64,000 nt of DNA from Pelagomonas calceolata (Eukaryota), in assembly GCA_918797485.1 (NCBI GenBank), contig CAKKNE010000001.1, positions 2,852,001 to 2,916,000 of the forward strand, given 5' to 3'. Below, piece after piece: positions 1-12,595 of the stretch (positions are counted from its first letter, which is position 1; the number at the start of each line of letters is the position of its first letter). The notes beneath the pieces were generated by a model. The model worked only from the letters and a program-made list of their open reading frames with translations. It was not told the origin of the DNA and made no database searches. The translations under genes and the position numbers were made by a program.

Positions 1-64
1 GATGCGCACTACCCTGAGCCCACTATCTCTAACAATGCCTTAGCTACGACACTACACTTTCTAG

Positions 65-1066
65 GTACTGCAAGCGGCTCTCTGTTCTTTCAAGAGATAA
101 AACGAGGCTTGCTGCACGCACACGCTTTATGCTACGAGACCTCTTGGAGTGCCGTCGCAATGGCTGGAGAGAACGGCGAGCTAAAGATGGTCCGCACAAA
201 TTGGGAACAAAAGCATCCACAACACAAGGAAAAGGCGAAAATCAGTCTCGTCGTGATGAGGAACGAAATCTTGCCCGTGAGCGCCAGCGCCAAGCTATCT
301 CACAGCAGCAGCAGCAGCAACGGCGTCGGCTCCTGAGTGCTAAGGACGTAAGCAGCAAGTCCCAGGATGCGCGCCAATCGCGTCATAGCCAGGCATCGAC
401 TGTGCGGATTCTGTCGAGGGACCAGGAGACAACGAGCAGTGCACACAAATCAGCGAGTGACACATATGACACCCCTTTGGCACGGCCGGCAGCCAAGGAC
501 ACTGCTAAGCTGTGGACAGATGATCGCGCGCAAAATCGCGCGAGATCTTCGCTCGACGAGTTTGCACAGCTCCAGGATCAAGAGGAACTAATTGCATCTC
601 TAGACGAAGTTCCCAACACGAATCGGGTGTATAAACATGTTTTCGAGCTGATAGTTGGCCGCATTGTCGAGGGCAAGGATGCTGAACGGAATTCATCTCT
701 GGCAGCAATTCACGCTCTCGCATTAAAATCAAAGTTAAAGGCAGAAGATGTTACCGATGCGCTTGGCAATACCATTGAGTTTTTATCTGATATTTGCATC
801 GACTCACCGATGGCTGTAGAACATGTGAGTTAGTTACTTCTGATATCTTATGAGCTATTCTACTCTGTCAGGTTGCAAAGCTCGTTTCAGTGTGTCTGGA
901 GCTTAAAATAATAGACATTGCCTGGTTAACTGCCAACTCGCGGCTCAGAGGTGATGACCCTAAAAGTGATGGTGCCTTTGAGCGAAACGCCCTGTTTGAG
1001 CTCCTCACATCAACCTTCGCCAATTACCCTGAAGCATCTGAGCTCAAAAGCCAGCTCAAGTATTAG
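65..1066 (+). CDS. eIF4G-like translation initiation factor, 3' part (end of MIF4G domain plus MA3 domain); 5' end lies outside the window; intron 825-871
   Basis: RTRFMLRDLLECRRNGW matches the MIF4G C-terminal motif; RSSLDEF...LSDICIDSPMA is MA3-like; a GT..AG intron restores the frame to TAG at 1064-1066. Confidence 0.75.
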
Positions 1067-2844
1067 CTTAGCTGTTTATTTGTATTTGTTTAACATCGCG
1101 GCCGAGGGAGATTTTGGCTGCGGGGTCCCACAGTGTCCCTTTGTTCGCCCCAAGACCGGGATGGGGGGAAAGGGTCACTCTCGCGGCGAGACGCGGTGCC
1201 AATCGGGGCCTAACGTCCGGTATTTAGCTTAACTTGCGGGTATTTGGCGTGGGGCACATGAAGGGCCGGGAACCCGCCCCTAAAATCGGCTCTGGCGCAG
1301 CCGCATTCCGATGGATACGGACGCAGTTCGAGAGCAAGAGGGATCAGACCCTTATGGATCCCTCCGCAGAGTCTGGAGAAGCGTGCGTTGCTGGAACGGT
1401 TACAGGGCAACTCGCACCTGAAACCCCCTTCGATGAGGCTTATTGCCACCGTGCGGGCCACCGCAGTGTCGGAAATCATCGACTATAACCCCGCGCCGGT
1501 CCCCGGGCCCGTGGTTTCTCGCAGGAGCGCCCTCGAAGCTCTCAGTTCGTCCCGCGTCGACCTCGACGCGGCCGCCGCGGTGCGATTATTGCCAGCGTTT
1601 TGAGCGGGCGAAGTCGTCCGCGGGGCTCGGGGCATACCCACCGTACTGTCCGCACGGTTTTTTGTGCAGGGGCGTGCCCACATCGCGTATCGCACATCAT
1701 GTGGTGGGAGAGCGATTTGGCGCACCGCGAAATGTTGTGCTGCCGCGCTTTTTCTTGGCGCACCACATCGGCCGACCCCTTGGGCGGTCAGTAATAGCTT
1801 GGGGCTGCCTACGGGCGCATTTTGGCTGCACACACGAGGCCAAAAAAGTTTCGCGTTTAATCGAGTTTCACGGGTTTTTGCCGTTTTTGGCGCGCCGCTG
1901 CGCCCTAGTCCCGATCCCCGTAGACCCCATCGCCCCTATGGATCCGTGAAGGACCCCCCATCCGCGGGAAGGCTCTGAAAAAACCCGGGCTCCCGGCCCC
2001 TGGCACATGATGGGGCTGGAGACGGGTTTCTAATCGAGCCTTCCCGCGGATAGATACGACGCAAGCCATGGCAACTTGAAATGCAGCCATGGCGCATTTC
2101 AATCGATGTGCCAGTGTAATTTACTAGTATAAACTATGACTGCAAGCAACAGAGGTACCCCGGGGAACTGAAAATCGAAGTCCCTGAGCGTGCTCGGACC
2201 CCCCAAAGTCGTCACCGTGCTTTAGAGGGACCTTAAAAGATCAAACCCGAGTTGGTAAATTGCAAACGGATGAGCGAACCGCAAATAGATCTCAAAATCG
2301 CTGCTACAGAAGTCGACCAATAGTCCGTCGCCGTGTGCAAACCAGCGGCCGGCCGGACGAAAGCTTGTAGTCTGCCGGTCGACGTAAGGCCTACCGGTCG
2401 AGGACGTACGTATGCATTCCAGCAGACGAAGGAGCCACTAACTTAACGCCGGATGTGCATCGGCGTTCGATAGGCCGTTAGATTGATCCCCGAAGTTCGA
2501 CACCAGGAAAGATAGAAGACCCCGCCCATCAGGTTACCAACCAGGGTTTCAAAAAAGAAACAAAAAAAGCAACAAAAGCGCATCTTCAATAACGCGTGGC
2601 GTCTCCTATTATGAACTCCAGACAATATTGACCTAATTGACAAGAGACGTAGCTCGGGATAGAAGGACAAATTCTCGAGGAACAACCAGGGTCGTCGAGC
2701 ATTATATTGAATTCTGTCTTCGACACATTATTGTCACCTCGACTTGAAGTTGCTGCCAGTGGCTCTGCACCCGAGCACTGCCTAAGTTACCCAGACAAGT
2801 GACGCCGCTTAGTAGTACTAGAATAATAAAGCACGCTAAAAACT

Positions 2845-5157
2845 TCATTGACTAGTCACCAGGTGTCGCTTGGCGCGAGTGATGGAAAGCAGATTTGTGT
2901 GTCTTGTGTACGGATCCACAATAGTTCGCATTTTTTCCCAATGTAACTTTTTCTGCGTTAAGTACGCCGCTTTCTTTTTGGCGATTACTTGTTTCTGCAG
3001 CTTCATCATTTCCCGAGTTCCCTCTGCCACACGTGTATCTCCGCTTGTTTTTTCTTTTTTCTGCGCCTCATTCTCAAGTGCGTGGTTGCGATCAATTTGA
3101 CGACGGTCCCTGCGTTTTCCTACCTCGTACTTTGCCATCAACCCCAAGCAATTGCGTTGATCAACCTTGGCCATGCGTGCTGCTCCTTGTAAAAGTTCTT
3201 CTTGAGCAATGCGTTCCTTAACCATTTTATCAGCACCAGTAACGTGTTGGTTTTTATTGGTCTGCGCTTCCTCGACTATAAGCTTCTGTTGCTTGTTTTT
3301 GAAATCTTCGCCGAGTTTCAACAGAAGTGAAGCCTCGCGGTGTCTTAGGTCTGCTTTAAAATTCGACAGCCGCTCGATATGTCCCTGCTTTGTCTGATGG
3401 TTTTTTGCTGCAGCTGCAACGCGAATCCTTTTTATATTTTCAATCCGTTCAATCAAGCGGTGTTGTTTGGCCCTGTTGGCTTCAATGAAATCTAAACGCC
3501 TGCACTTGCGCTCTTCATCTGCCCTTTTTTTGTTTTTAGCAAGTCGTTGATGCATTTCCACCAGGGACATCTCATCAAGCAAACCATAACCACTGGCATC
3601 TGTTGGGTCGAAGATATTCATATTCTTTGAATGCACACTATGCTCTGCTTTAAGCTGCTTTACACGTTGAGTCAGCATTTTGGTTCGTTTCTTGTCATGC
3701 AAATCCTGTTCGTGTAATCGGCATTTGATATCTTGCTGTAGCTTTGTACGAAACTCACGTTTTTCAATCAAGATCGCCTCAAGCGCATGCTGCCGTGCAT
3801 GCGTGCGACCCTGCTTCAGTGCACTCACTAGCTGGCGCTTTTTGAGCAAACTCAGGTTTTTCTCGAGGCAGAGTTGCGTCTGCATCGCGTCGCGTTCCGC
3901 AACGCCGAGCAACGCAGTTTGCCTATTGTGCACCAGTTTGTCCAATCTTGCTTGCTGTGCCTCTTCTGCACTCGCTCTGGCAAGATCCCGAGTTCGCGCG
4001 ATTTGCTCATAGCGTGTCTTCTGGTCCCGAGCACGCATATCCAGTTGCCAGTGATAAAAATCGGCGCAATCTCTAAGCTCTGCCTCGTATGTATTAATAT
4101 TTACGGCCTCCTGTTCCTGCTTTGTGCGAAACAGTGCATCCTCCCGGAACATAGTTGCTGCATTTAGTTTTACCATTGCCACCTATGCGCATGCGCGTAA
4201 TAAATGATTTCTTTAGCCCCAGGTTCCCCTCGGGCGCTGCGTCGATGTTTGAGTGCACTCCGAAAGCGAACGCTTGATGCACATTTGCCCTTGCTGCCGT
4301 TTGTCCTTGAGAAATCTAGCTGATCCACCCTTTTTGTTTCCATTGCCTCTTGAGCTACTAAGACGGTCGACCTAGTCCCGTGCAGCGCTATTGGGTGGCA
4401 GATCGTATTTTCTAACTTCCCAGTTACTCTCCGCTCAGGCGTCATGTCTGCGACAAATCCAGAAGACTTACAACTTAATTCCTGCTCAATCACTGATGGT
4501 TCTGGTACCACTCGGGGGACAGGAGCCGTGAGTTTGGGCGGCTTAACTTCTTTTCTCTGACCTGGTGTCATGACCATGGTTCCACAGTCCTTACATGCCT
4601 GCTTTGCAGCTGTAATACCCGTCGACTTGTCGCGTAGTTCAGCAATTATCTGCTGAATTTCAAGTGAAGAAGATGTCAACTGTTTGAGTAACGTATTGCG
4701 TACATAATCTGGATCAAATATCTTGGTCCAGTGTGCAACTACGCCACTGTCCTCCAGACTCGAGGCATTGAATACATATTCTAGAAAATTTACCATCTTA
4801 TCTGGGTCAATGCTCAGTACAAACTTGCGGAACTCTGAGATTGTTAGCTCCTGGAGCCGAAACACACTGAGATATGTCAGTATCATGTACATGGTATAAT
4901 CTGAACGAAGTACCCGAGCTGACATGTCGTTGAAAAAGCAAGCTGCGAATACCTTCAAGGCTGCTTTGCAGCGCATTACTCCATAGAGAACTTCCTTGAG
5001 AAACGCTCCATCCGCATCATTGGCATTGAGCTTATTTATTGACAGATATTCGTTCGCATGCGATTCAAGAGTTGTTCGCTTTGGGTTGTAAGTCTTGATC
5101 AGCTCCTCAGCTTGTTCCAATAGCTGTCGACGTTTGCCCTCCGTGTGACACGACATG
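2845..5157 (-). CDS. CFAP99: Cilia- and flagella-associated protein 99-like; two ORFs probably joined by a short intron near 4180-4230
   Basis: YMILTYLSVFRLQEL, VKLNAATMFREDALF, LRDCADFYHWQ and GYGLLDEMSLVEM motifs plus a long coiled coil. Confidence 0.7.
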
Positions 5158-6106
5158 ATTAGAATAACGGCAGGCAAGTTTACCAAAGGTACCTAGACAG
5201 TTTCAGCTGGTCCTGTCACCCGATGGCTCGATGTAGTAGAGAGGCGCCCGGCGGCCCCCCATCTGGCGGGTCGCCCGGCACCTCTCCAGCCTTCAAATTA
5301 AGACAGAGTCCGCGGCGCCTTCAACTTGAACTTGAAGTTGGTCTTTAGATCAATTGCGCTGCCCCTTCGGCATTCCGGTTTTGGTAGATCTCGAGCTTGT
5401 TGTCCGAGTTTAGCTCGACGATCTGGCCAACGCGTAGGCACTCTGCGGCTGACTCAGGCTCGGACTCCGAGTCGGAGCCCGTTTGCCCCTGTGTGTGTGT
5501 ATATTATAGATTACCTATTTTTTGCCTTTGACCACCGTTGAAGAAGTGGCTCGCGAACCAAGTGCGCGGTCCCAACGCCGCGCACCATGCGCACCAAAAT
5601 CGGCAGGGCACTAGATATGCCCTGTAGCGACGTCCTGCCCGTGGCGTTTGCGACCGCGCAGTCCGACCTCGAAATAACGCTACTTTAGTGCTCGCCCGAC
5701 CCACCCAAGGGAAGGGTCCCGTGACGCGGTCCGAGTCGCTCATGCAACGCGTGTCGCGCATCTCGCTGCGACTGTTTTGCCTACCGGCCTCTCGCGGCCG
5801 GTAGGTATCAACGCCTCGATGACAACCGCGACGCGTTTTGCCAGGCCGCTTTCCCGATCTGACGGCTGGCGCCGTCCTGGCCGCGACTCGGAGTGTCACA
5901 GTGTCACGGTTTTGCCAGTCACTCTTCTATCAACGACCGACGACGAACGACTACACCCAAGGACGAACGAGCGGCGGTGGATGCGGACTTTCCTCCTGAA
6001 ATAGTGGAACACAGGCGATTGAAATTGTAAGTCACTCATTCTAGCCCAACCCATAAGTCATACTACTAATACTCTGTAGCTATCTTTTAACTCGCCAATC
6101 GCCATC

Positions 6107-6673
6107 ATGACAGTGACCGTCCGGACACGGAAGTTCATTCGCAATCCTCTGTTGCAACGCAAACAGTTTGTAAGTGGATAAGTAAACGACACTTCTCACT
6201 CGCGCTATTGCCGCTCAGGTGGTAGACGTCTTACATCCTGACCGAGCGAATGTCCCGAAGTCCGAGCTCCAGGATATGATCGCTAAAGCCATACCCGGAG
6301 CCTTTTACCATGTCAACTGTGTCTCATTCCCTCCCGTAGACCTACAAAGTCACCGACAAGAGCCTCATCTCCCTGTTCGGGTTCCGCAACAAATTTGGAG
6401 GTGGCAAGTCTACTGGCTTTTGCTTGATTTACGACTCTGCCGAATCGGCTAAGAAGTATGAGCCCAAGTACCGCTTGGTTCGGAACGGCTTTGTCGAGAA
6501 AAAAGAGACATCCCGCAAACAGATCAAAGAGGCTAAGAATCGCAAAAAAAAGCAGATTCGACAGTGTTGATGCCAGCATATCACTATTTAATAAATGTCC
6601 GTCTCGTAGGATTCGAGGAACTGGGCGCCGAATTGCCAATCACAAGGCCAAAAAAGCAGCAAAAGACGGATAG
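6107..6673 (+). CDS. RPS24: 40S ribosomal protein S24 (eS24); introns 6170-6218 (GT-AG), 6288-6339 (GC-AG), 6552-6609 (GC-AG)
   Basis: Spliced product [28 protein letters not shown]...[21 protein letters not shown]...[10 protein letters not shown]. Confidence 0.95.
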
Positions 6674-7339
6674 TGGGGGTTTGAGAGTACATCAGAATTA
6701 AGAGATAGCCGCACGTTGCCATGAACCAAACGGCTCTGAGACGAAGTCGGAAATTCCCTTTAGAACGTCTTAGAACGTTAGGAAGAGAATATTCTTCGTA
6801 ATTATGGTTTAAAGTTCAATTTATACCGTGACGTCACCGTGATACTAGGACCAGGAGCGCCGATAACTACTTGAAGCCTGAGTGGCTGAGTGATTCGGAT
6901 CATGATTCTATTTAGACTCGGAAATCTAGGACGCCCCCCAAATCGCTCCAACGCCCCCATCACGCCGATCAACAGCCTGCGCCCAACGCCCCACTGGCAT
7001 GCTCAGGCTACCCACTGGCAAAATTTCTCAGGCTCCGAGTCTTGCCAGTCACGGTAACTTTTTTCATTTTTTTTTACCCACTCGACTCGGTATTTCAAGT
7101 TAGCTACTCGTAGCTCAGCTTGCAAACTAAGATACCCGAGCCTCAGAGTCGCCCGAGCCGTATCTTTCCGTGAGAAGGCCCTTCATTTCCGTCCGCCCTG
7201 GTGTGAAGGGCCTCGTGTGACCCGGCGCCAAAGGCTCAGCTCGCAAAGCCATCACAGCTTATTCCGCGACTTCTTCCGCAGATATTTGAGGATTTTAGCG
7301 TGGCGAATGAGCTTAACTACCTTGCTATGCGCCACACAA

Positions 7340-9391
7340 TCATATGACTCTCACATCGATCAGAGTTACCGCGTTGGTCGATGTTGCGGCAAGGCGAGTA
7401 CCATTTGCATTCCATGCTACTTCAAAGATGTCGGCACCCCCTTGGTTGTAGGTTTTTAACAATTTGCCATTAGGGACGGACCAAATGTTAAGTTGGCCAC
7501 CGAGTGAGCCAGATGCGAGCAGTCTGCCATCAGGAGAGAAAGCAATGGTATATACTTTTTTGGTGTGATTTCGCAATGTGTGCAAACAAACTCCCATGTC
7601 TGTGTCCCAGAGGCGAACTGTTGCATCAAATGATGCAGAAGCCAACCTCAGGGGCGCCTACGATGATAAAACACTGGTTAAAAGTTTAGGAATCTTCAGG
7701 TCATACATTGGGCATATTCGTAGTTTGGCCAGTCGGTGACCAACGAATTGTGTATATCTCCTCAGTGTGATTACTGAACCGATGAACCGGGACGGACCTG
7801 AGCAAGGGCAGGTGGCAAAAACTTTTGTCTATCGATCATGCTCTGTGCAAGAGACTGCCCAAGCTGCCAAATCAGAACCTGGTGGTCATCAGAGCATGAT
7901 GCAAGCAGCCCGCCGGATGGGTCCCATCTTATTGCGTTGACTTCATCAGCGTGGCCAACTAGCACCTGCAACGGTGTGGTAGTTGCTGCTGCCGGGTCGG
8001 TGTCAGCCTCTCTGTCTGCAAGCGCACAGACAGCAATTGTGCGATCTGTTGAGCACGACGCGAAAACATCAAGCCCATGATATCCACCTGAACAATTGAG
8101 CTATTGCTGATGCAATCAGAATTCGAATGGGCTCGGGCGGACACCAGTTTTCCAATCAACGTCAAGGACTTGTGCTGAATGGGCTTCAAACTTATGCTGC
8201 AACTTTCCTGCAAGGGTCTTTTAACTTGTATAATGTAAGTTCTGCACTGAATGCTACCAGTACGTACATCCCACACTGACACACACTTATCATATGAACC
8301 AGTTAAGAGCCGCTTGCCCGCGGAATCAAACCTCAAAGAGAATATGGACTCGGAGTGAGCGTTGAGAGAATGCTGTAAAACGCCTTCGCGAGACCATAGG
8401 CGAGCAATGCCGTCCATGCAGCCTGTTGCGAGTAGACTTCCATCGACTGACCACTCTAATGTAGTCACCTAGTACAATGTTAGCTAAGGATGAGAAACTC
8501 GGTAAGAACTCGGCTGAGAAACGTCGTGATCGTCACCCGCTGAAGTAGATTTTTTTTCTTGTTGCATGGGCGCAATGCATTCAAGGACTCTAGGTAAGGG
8601 GGACTTGATCTTAAGATTTGCTGTTGTTTTGTCATCTGGGAGGTTCCAGAGGCGCACAGTAGAGTCACCTGAGCCTGATGCAAGAAGCTCGTCCCTTGGA
8701 TGCCAGGAGCAGCAGAATACTTCTGCTTCGTGGCCAGTCAGGATCAGCACATCCGCAGATGAAATTGCCTGCGCTAACTTAGTTGGACCATGCTTATTAA
8801 TTTGCTTGTACTCGCCTGTTCTTCTGTCATCCCTGTGGACTGAATTTTAGGAAATGAAGTGCTTTCTGTGGAATGAATTTCAGGGATCGCACTACCCTCC
8901 ATTTCGCTCGTGTGTTTCTTAGAGAAGTCAATGGACTGTGTTGCGTTTGGTGCCACGCATATTCCAATACGCTTTCGCTTGCCAATGGTTCTGCTTTCTG
9001 CCTTTTCTACCTCCTCATCCTCATCTTCATTACGATTCTTGTCATGTTTGACGTACCACTTGGAGTACTTGATGGACTTGCTTTTTGTTATACCTTGTAG
9101 AACTGTGGCACTCAAGATACTTAATTCTTTGGATGATTCAATGCAACAGGTCGGGTCGGTGCTGCATTTTGAAATGTCTGCATCCAAATTTTCTTCCACC
9201 TTGAGGTACATCAGGCCCTTTTGAATTATTGAAATGAGTGCTCCTGGTGGCATCGTATCTGCGTACATCTTTGCAATCTCAGATTGTGTGACCAGAGATT
9301 CGTAAGCAAAGGTGAACGCCGAATGTAGATGTCCTGACTCTTGGAGATAGCGATACACCAGCAGATTAATTTCTTCCGCTTTCAAAGCCAT
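7340..9391 (-). CDS. TBL1: TBL1/SIF2/HOS15-like LisH + WD40 corepressor subunit, multi-exon
   Basis: LisH motif [22 protein letters not shown] followed by multiple GH...WD repeats spread across the ORFs. Confidence 0.9.
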
Positions 9392-10264
9392 GATAACACT
9401 AAGGCAGCCGGAGCACAAAGTATACCTAACTTCCCCCTATCTAGCGTTTTGTCTATACTACTAATAAATGCATTCGGTACATGCCTAATCATTCCCCACA
9501 AATTCCCGATGATATCCCGGAGTCCGTAGCCTGAGGAGTTCAAGTTCAAGTTCCCCGAGCCTGAGGTTCTGGCGGGTATCCCCAATGACTATAAATGCCA
9601 ACGAATAAAATATTTTGGTGATTTTTGTGCCAAGTGCCAGTTTTTTTAACAGGGCGTCCGAAATGAAGCGGCCAGTCACGGTAGACCTCAGGCTTGATGA
9701 CAAGCTAAAGGGAGCCAATTCAGACTCGGAGAAACTAGTAAACCAAGACTGGTTCAAGTTAGTATTGTATTTAAAGGTAGCCTGGGCTCTCTGGCAGACT
9801 ATCTCAGCCGCCGCTGCGCTATTCGTAGCAGCTTTCAAGTTGGGCACTCGCAGACCGCCGAGGCGGCTAGCTTTCGACGCGCGCTCTTTACGCCTGGCGC
9901 AAACGAGTCACTAGGACCTCCACACGCGCTGGCGGCACCAATGCGCCTCCGAAGCGACACGTAGGCCCAAACCCCGAAGCGACACGTAGGCCAAGTCGGA
10001 CTAGTAAATAGGGGCGAATTTGCAGGGCGAATTTCGATTTTATGGCTCCTGCCAGCGTTATCTGGTTAGCTGGCTATTGATGGCTTATTGCCCAGCACGC
10101 GCTCCATGTGTGGTGGGCATCCGGAGCTGCGTGCCATGCCGGCACAGCTGTCACGGTGGGGGAGGGTGAGATGCATCAAATACCGGGGGCGGGCTCAAGA
10201 AGATCCAGAAACCCGCAGGAGCTTAACCCTTATCCTGCAGCTATGGCTATTGATGGTGTGAGGG

Positions 10265-11484
10265 TCAAAAGGATAGCTCCTTAGGTTTCTCCCAGGTAAA
10301 TAAATCATCTTCGCGACCAAAATGACCATATGCAGCTGTCTTTTGCATCATTGGCCGTCGCAACTGCAAATCGCGCACTATGCAACCAGGCCGTAGATCA
10401 AAATTAGCTTTTATGATTTCCACCAGCTCAACGTCAGTTTTGCCACTCAAGGCAGGTCCGGTGCCGTAGGAATTTGCATGTATTGATAAAGGATAAGCTA
10501 CGCCAATGGCGTATGATAATTGGACTAGAACACGGTGGCAAAGTCTGGCATTCACAAGGGACTTAGCTACCCATCTAGCGGCATACGCAGCAGAACGATC
10601 TACCTTGGTCGGATCCTTGCCCGAGAATGCTCCACCACCGTGAGTACCCCATCCACCGTATGTATCGATGATAAGTTTTCGACCAGTCAAACCAGCGTCT
10701 CCATGCGGTCCGCCAACAATGAATCGACCGGAAGGATTCATGTGATAAATTGTATCATCGTCCATATATTTTCCTGGAATAACAGCCCGCACAACTTGCT
10801 CCATCAAGCTTTCACGTATCTGCTCTTGACTAACAACCTCAGTGTGCTGTGTTGAAATCACAACAGTATGCACGCGTTGGGGCAATGGATGTCCAGACTT
10901 AAGTTTGTACTCGCAGGTAACTTGTGTTTTACCATCTGGGCGAACCCAGTCCAAGAGTTTTGTTTTACGAACCTCTGTAAGTCGCATGCTGAGTTGTGTT
11001 GCAAGCACATGGGTCAATGGCATCAACTTGGTTTCCGTTTCATCGGTTGCATAGCCAAACATGATGCCCTGGTCTCCGGCACCAATCTCTTCGATTTTTG
11101 TAGCATCCACACACTGGGCTATGTCCGGACTCTGCTCCTCGACAGCAACTATCACATTAACAGTTCTATAGTCCATGCCCTTGGCAGGATCATCATACCC
11201 TATCTCTCGAAGTGTTTCACGAATTACTGCCTCGTAGTTGACAGTTGCTGATGTAGTGATTTCACCGAATATCATTATCATGCCAGTTTTGGTGCAACAT
11301 TCACAGGCTACTCGGGAAGTTTCATCGTCCTTGATGCATGCATCGAGCACAGCATCACTCACCTGATCACAAACTTTATCTGCACACACATAAAGTATTA
11401 TGGTAAATTCTAATCGTTATAGGGAATACCTGGATGACCTTCACTAACAGACTCCGAAGTGAACAAGAACGTGCTTTCATCCAT
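10265..11484 (-). CDS. MAT: S-adenosylmethionine synthetase; intron 11380-11429
   Basis: [15 protein letters not shown] (across the intron), [23 protein letters not shown]. Confidence 0.97.
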
Positions 11485-12595
11485 AGCTAGGCGTAGCAGG
11501 CCGCTGTTCAAACCTAGGGTGAGTTCGGGTTCACTCTCATGAGATAAGCCGATCGGCCGCCAAAAGGGGACAGTGCCCCCTTTACGGACGCAGTTTTCGC
11601 GTCGAGGCCGCCGTCGGCGACCTAGAACCTGCGCGACGCTTCTTTCCGCGAGCGCGGGCGCCGCGCGCGCGCAGAGTTAGCGTTTTGGGCCCGTGAGCGC
11701 TCCGAGCCCTGCTGACGCGCCGTGTGACGGCCGCCCAAGCGCGTCCGCGGCTCGGTCGCACCGGACCGCGCCTCTGGAGGCCGCGGGCCACAGGTTCGGC
11801 GCCGCGTCGCTCTCCCGCGCCGCCCTCGCGTCGGGCGGCCCGACGATGCCCCGCGCGTCAACCGCTGAAACCGGCCCGGCCATGGTGGGACCGCGGCGGG
11901 CGGAGCCCGCATCCGTGGCGGGCGCCCTCGCGATGGCCAGCTCGGCCGTGCGCACCCTGCCGGGCCCGGGCGGCGGCGGGCCGCAGCCGACGGCGCGTCC
12001 AACTTTTTCCGCGCCGCGTCCGCCGCGAGCGGCCTCGCGTTTCGGGCGCGTTCGGGCCGGCGTCGCGAACGTGCCGTCGCCTGTTTTTTTGGATGGGTCC
12101 CCGGTCCGGCTGCCGCCGGCGCCCGCCGGGCGCGCGTCGGCTCGAAAAAATAATGTAAAATCACCACGTCGCGAGGAGCCCTCAGAGGCGGTTCCTGGAG
12201 ACGCCGTGTGCTGTAGGCGTCCTGACGGAGGGAAGGGGTGTGCGATAAACAGGGCGAAATACCCCCCCCTATCCTATACCCATCACCCTTCAACACGCCA
12301 CGCGTAATAAACACAGTTAAACCAAAACTACTTAGGAGTATCTTAGGACCGTGTCTTTAGGAGTATCTCTTAGGACACGATTCTTCAAAATACACACACG
12401 CACACGCGGGCGTCTTGTCTCTACTATCAACTCCTTTTAGGAGCCCTCGCTTTTCCTTTTAAAACTTGAAAAGGGGGGGGGGGGGTCGAAGAAAAACGAA
12501 AATCATCGCACTGGCATCGCTGGCATCCGTGCGACTCGCGTACTTTTCCTAGCGGCATGGTAACGATCTAGGGTTTTAAATGTAATGATCTAGGG

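Noticed and set aside
11582..12314. Overlapping Arg/Pro/Ala-rich ORFs in GC-rich patches (also about 20630-21330 and 54400-55300)
   Set aside because: Expected from stop-codon scarcity at high GC; no motifs
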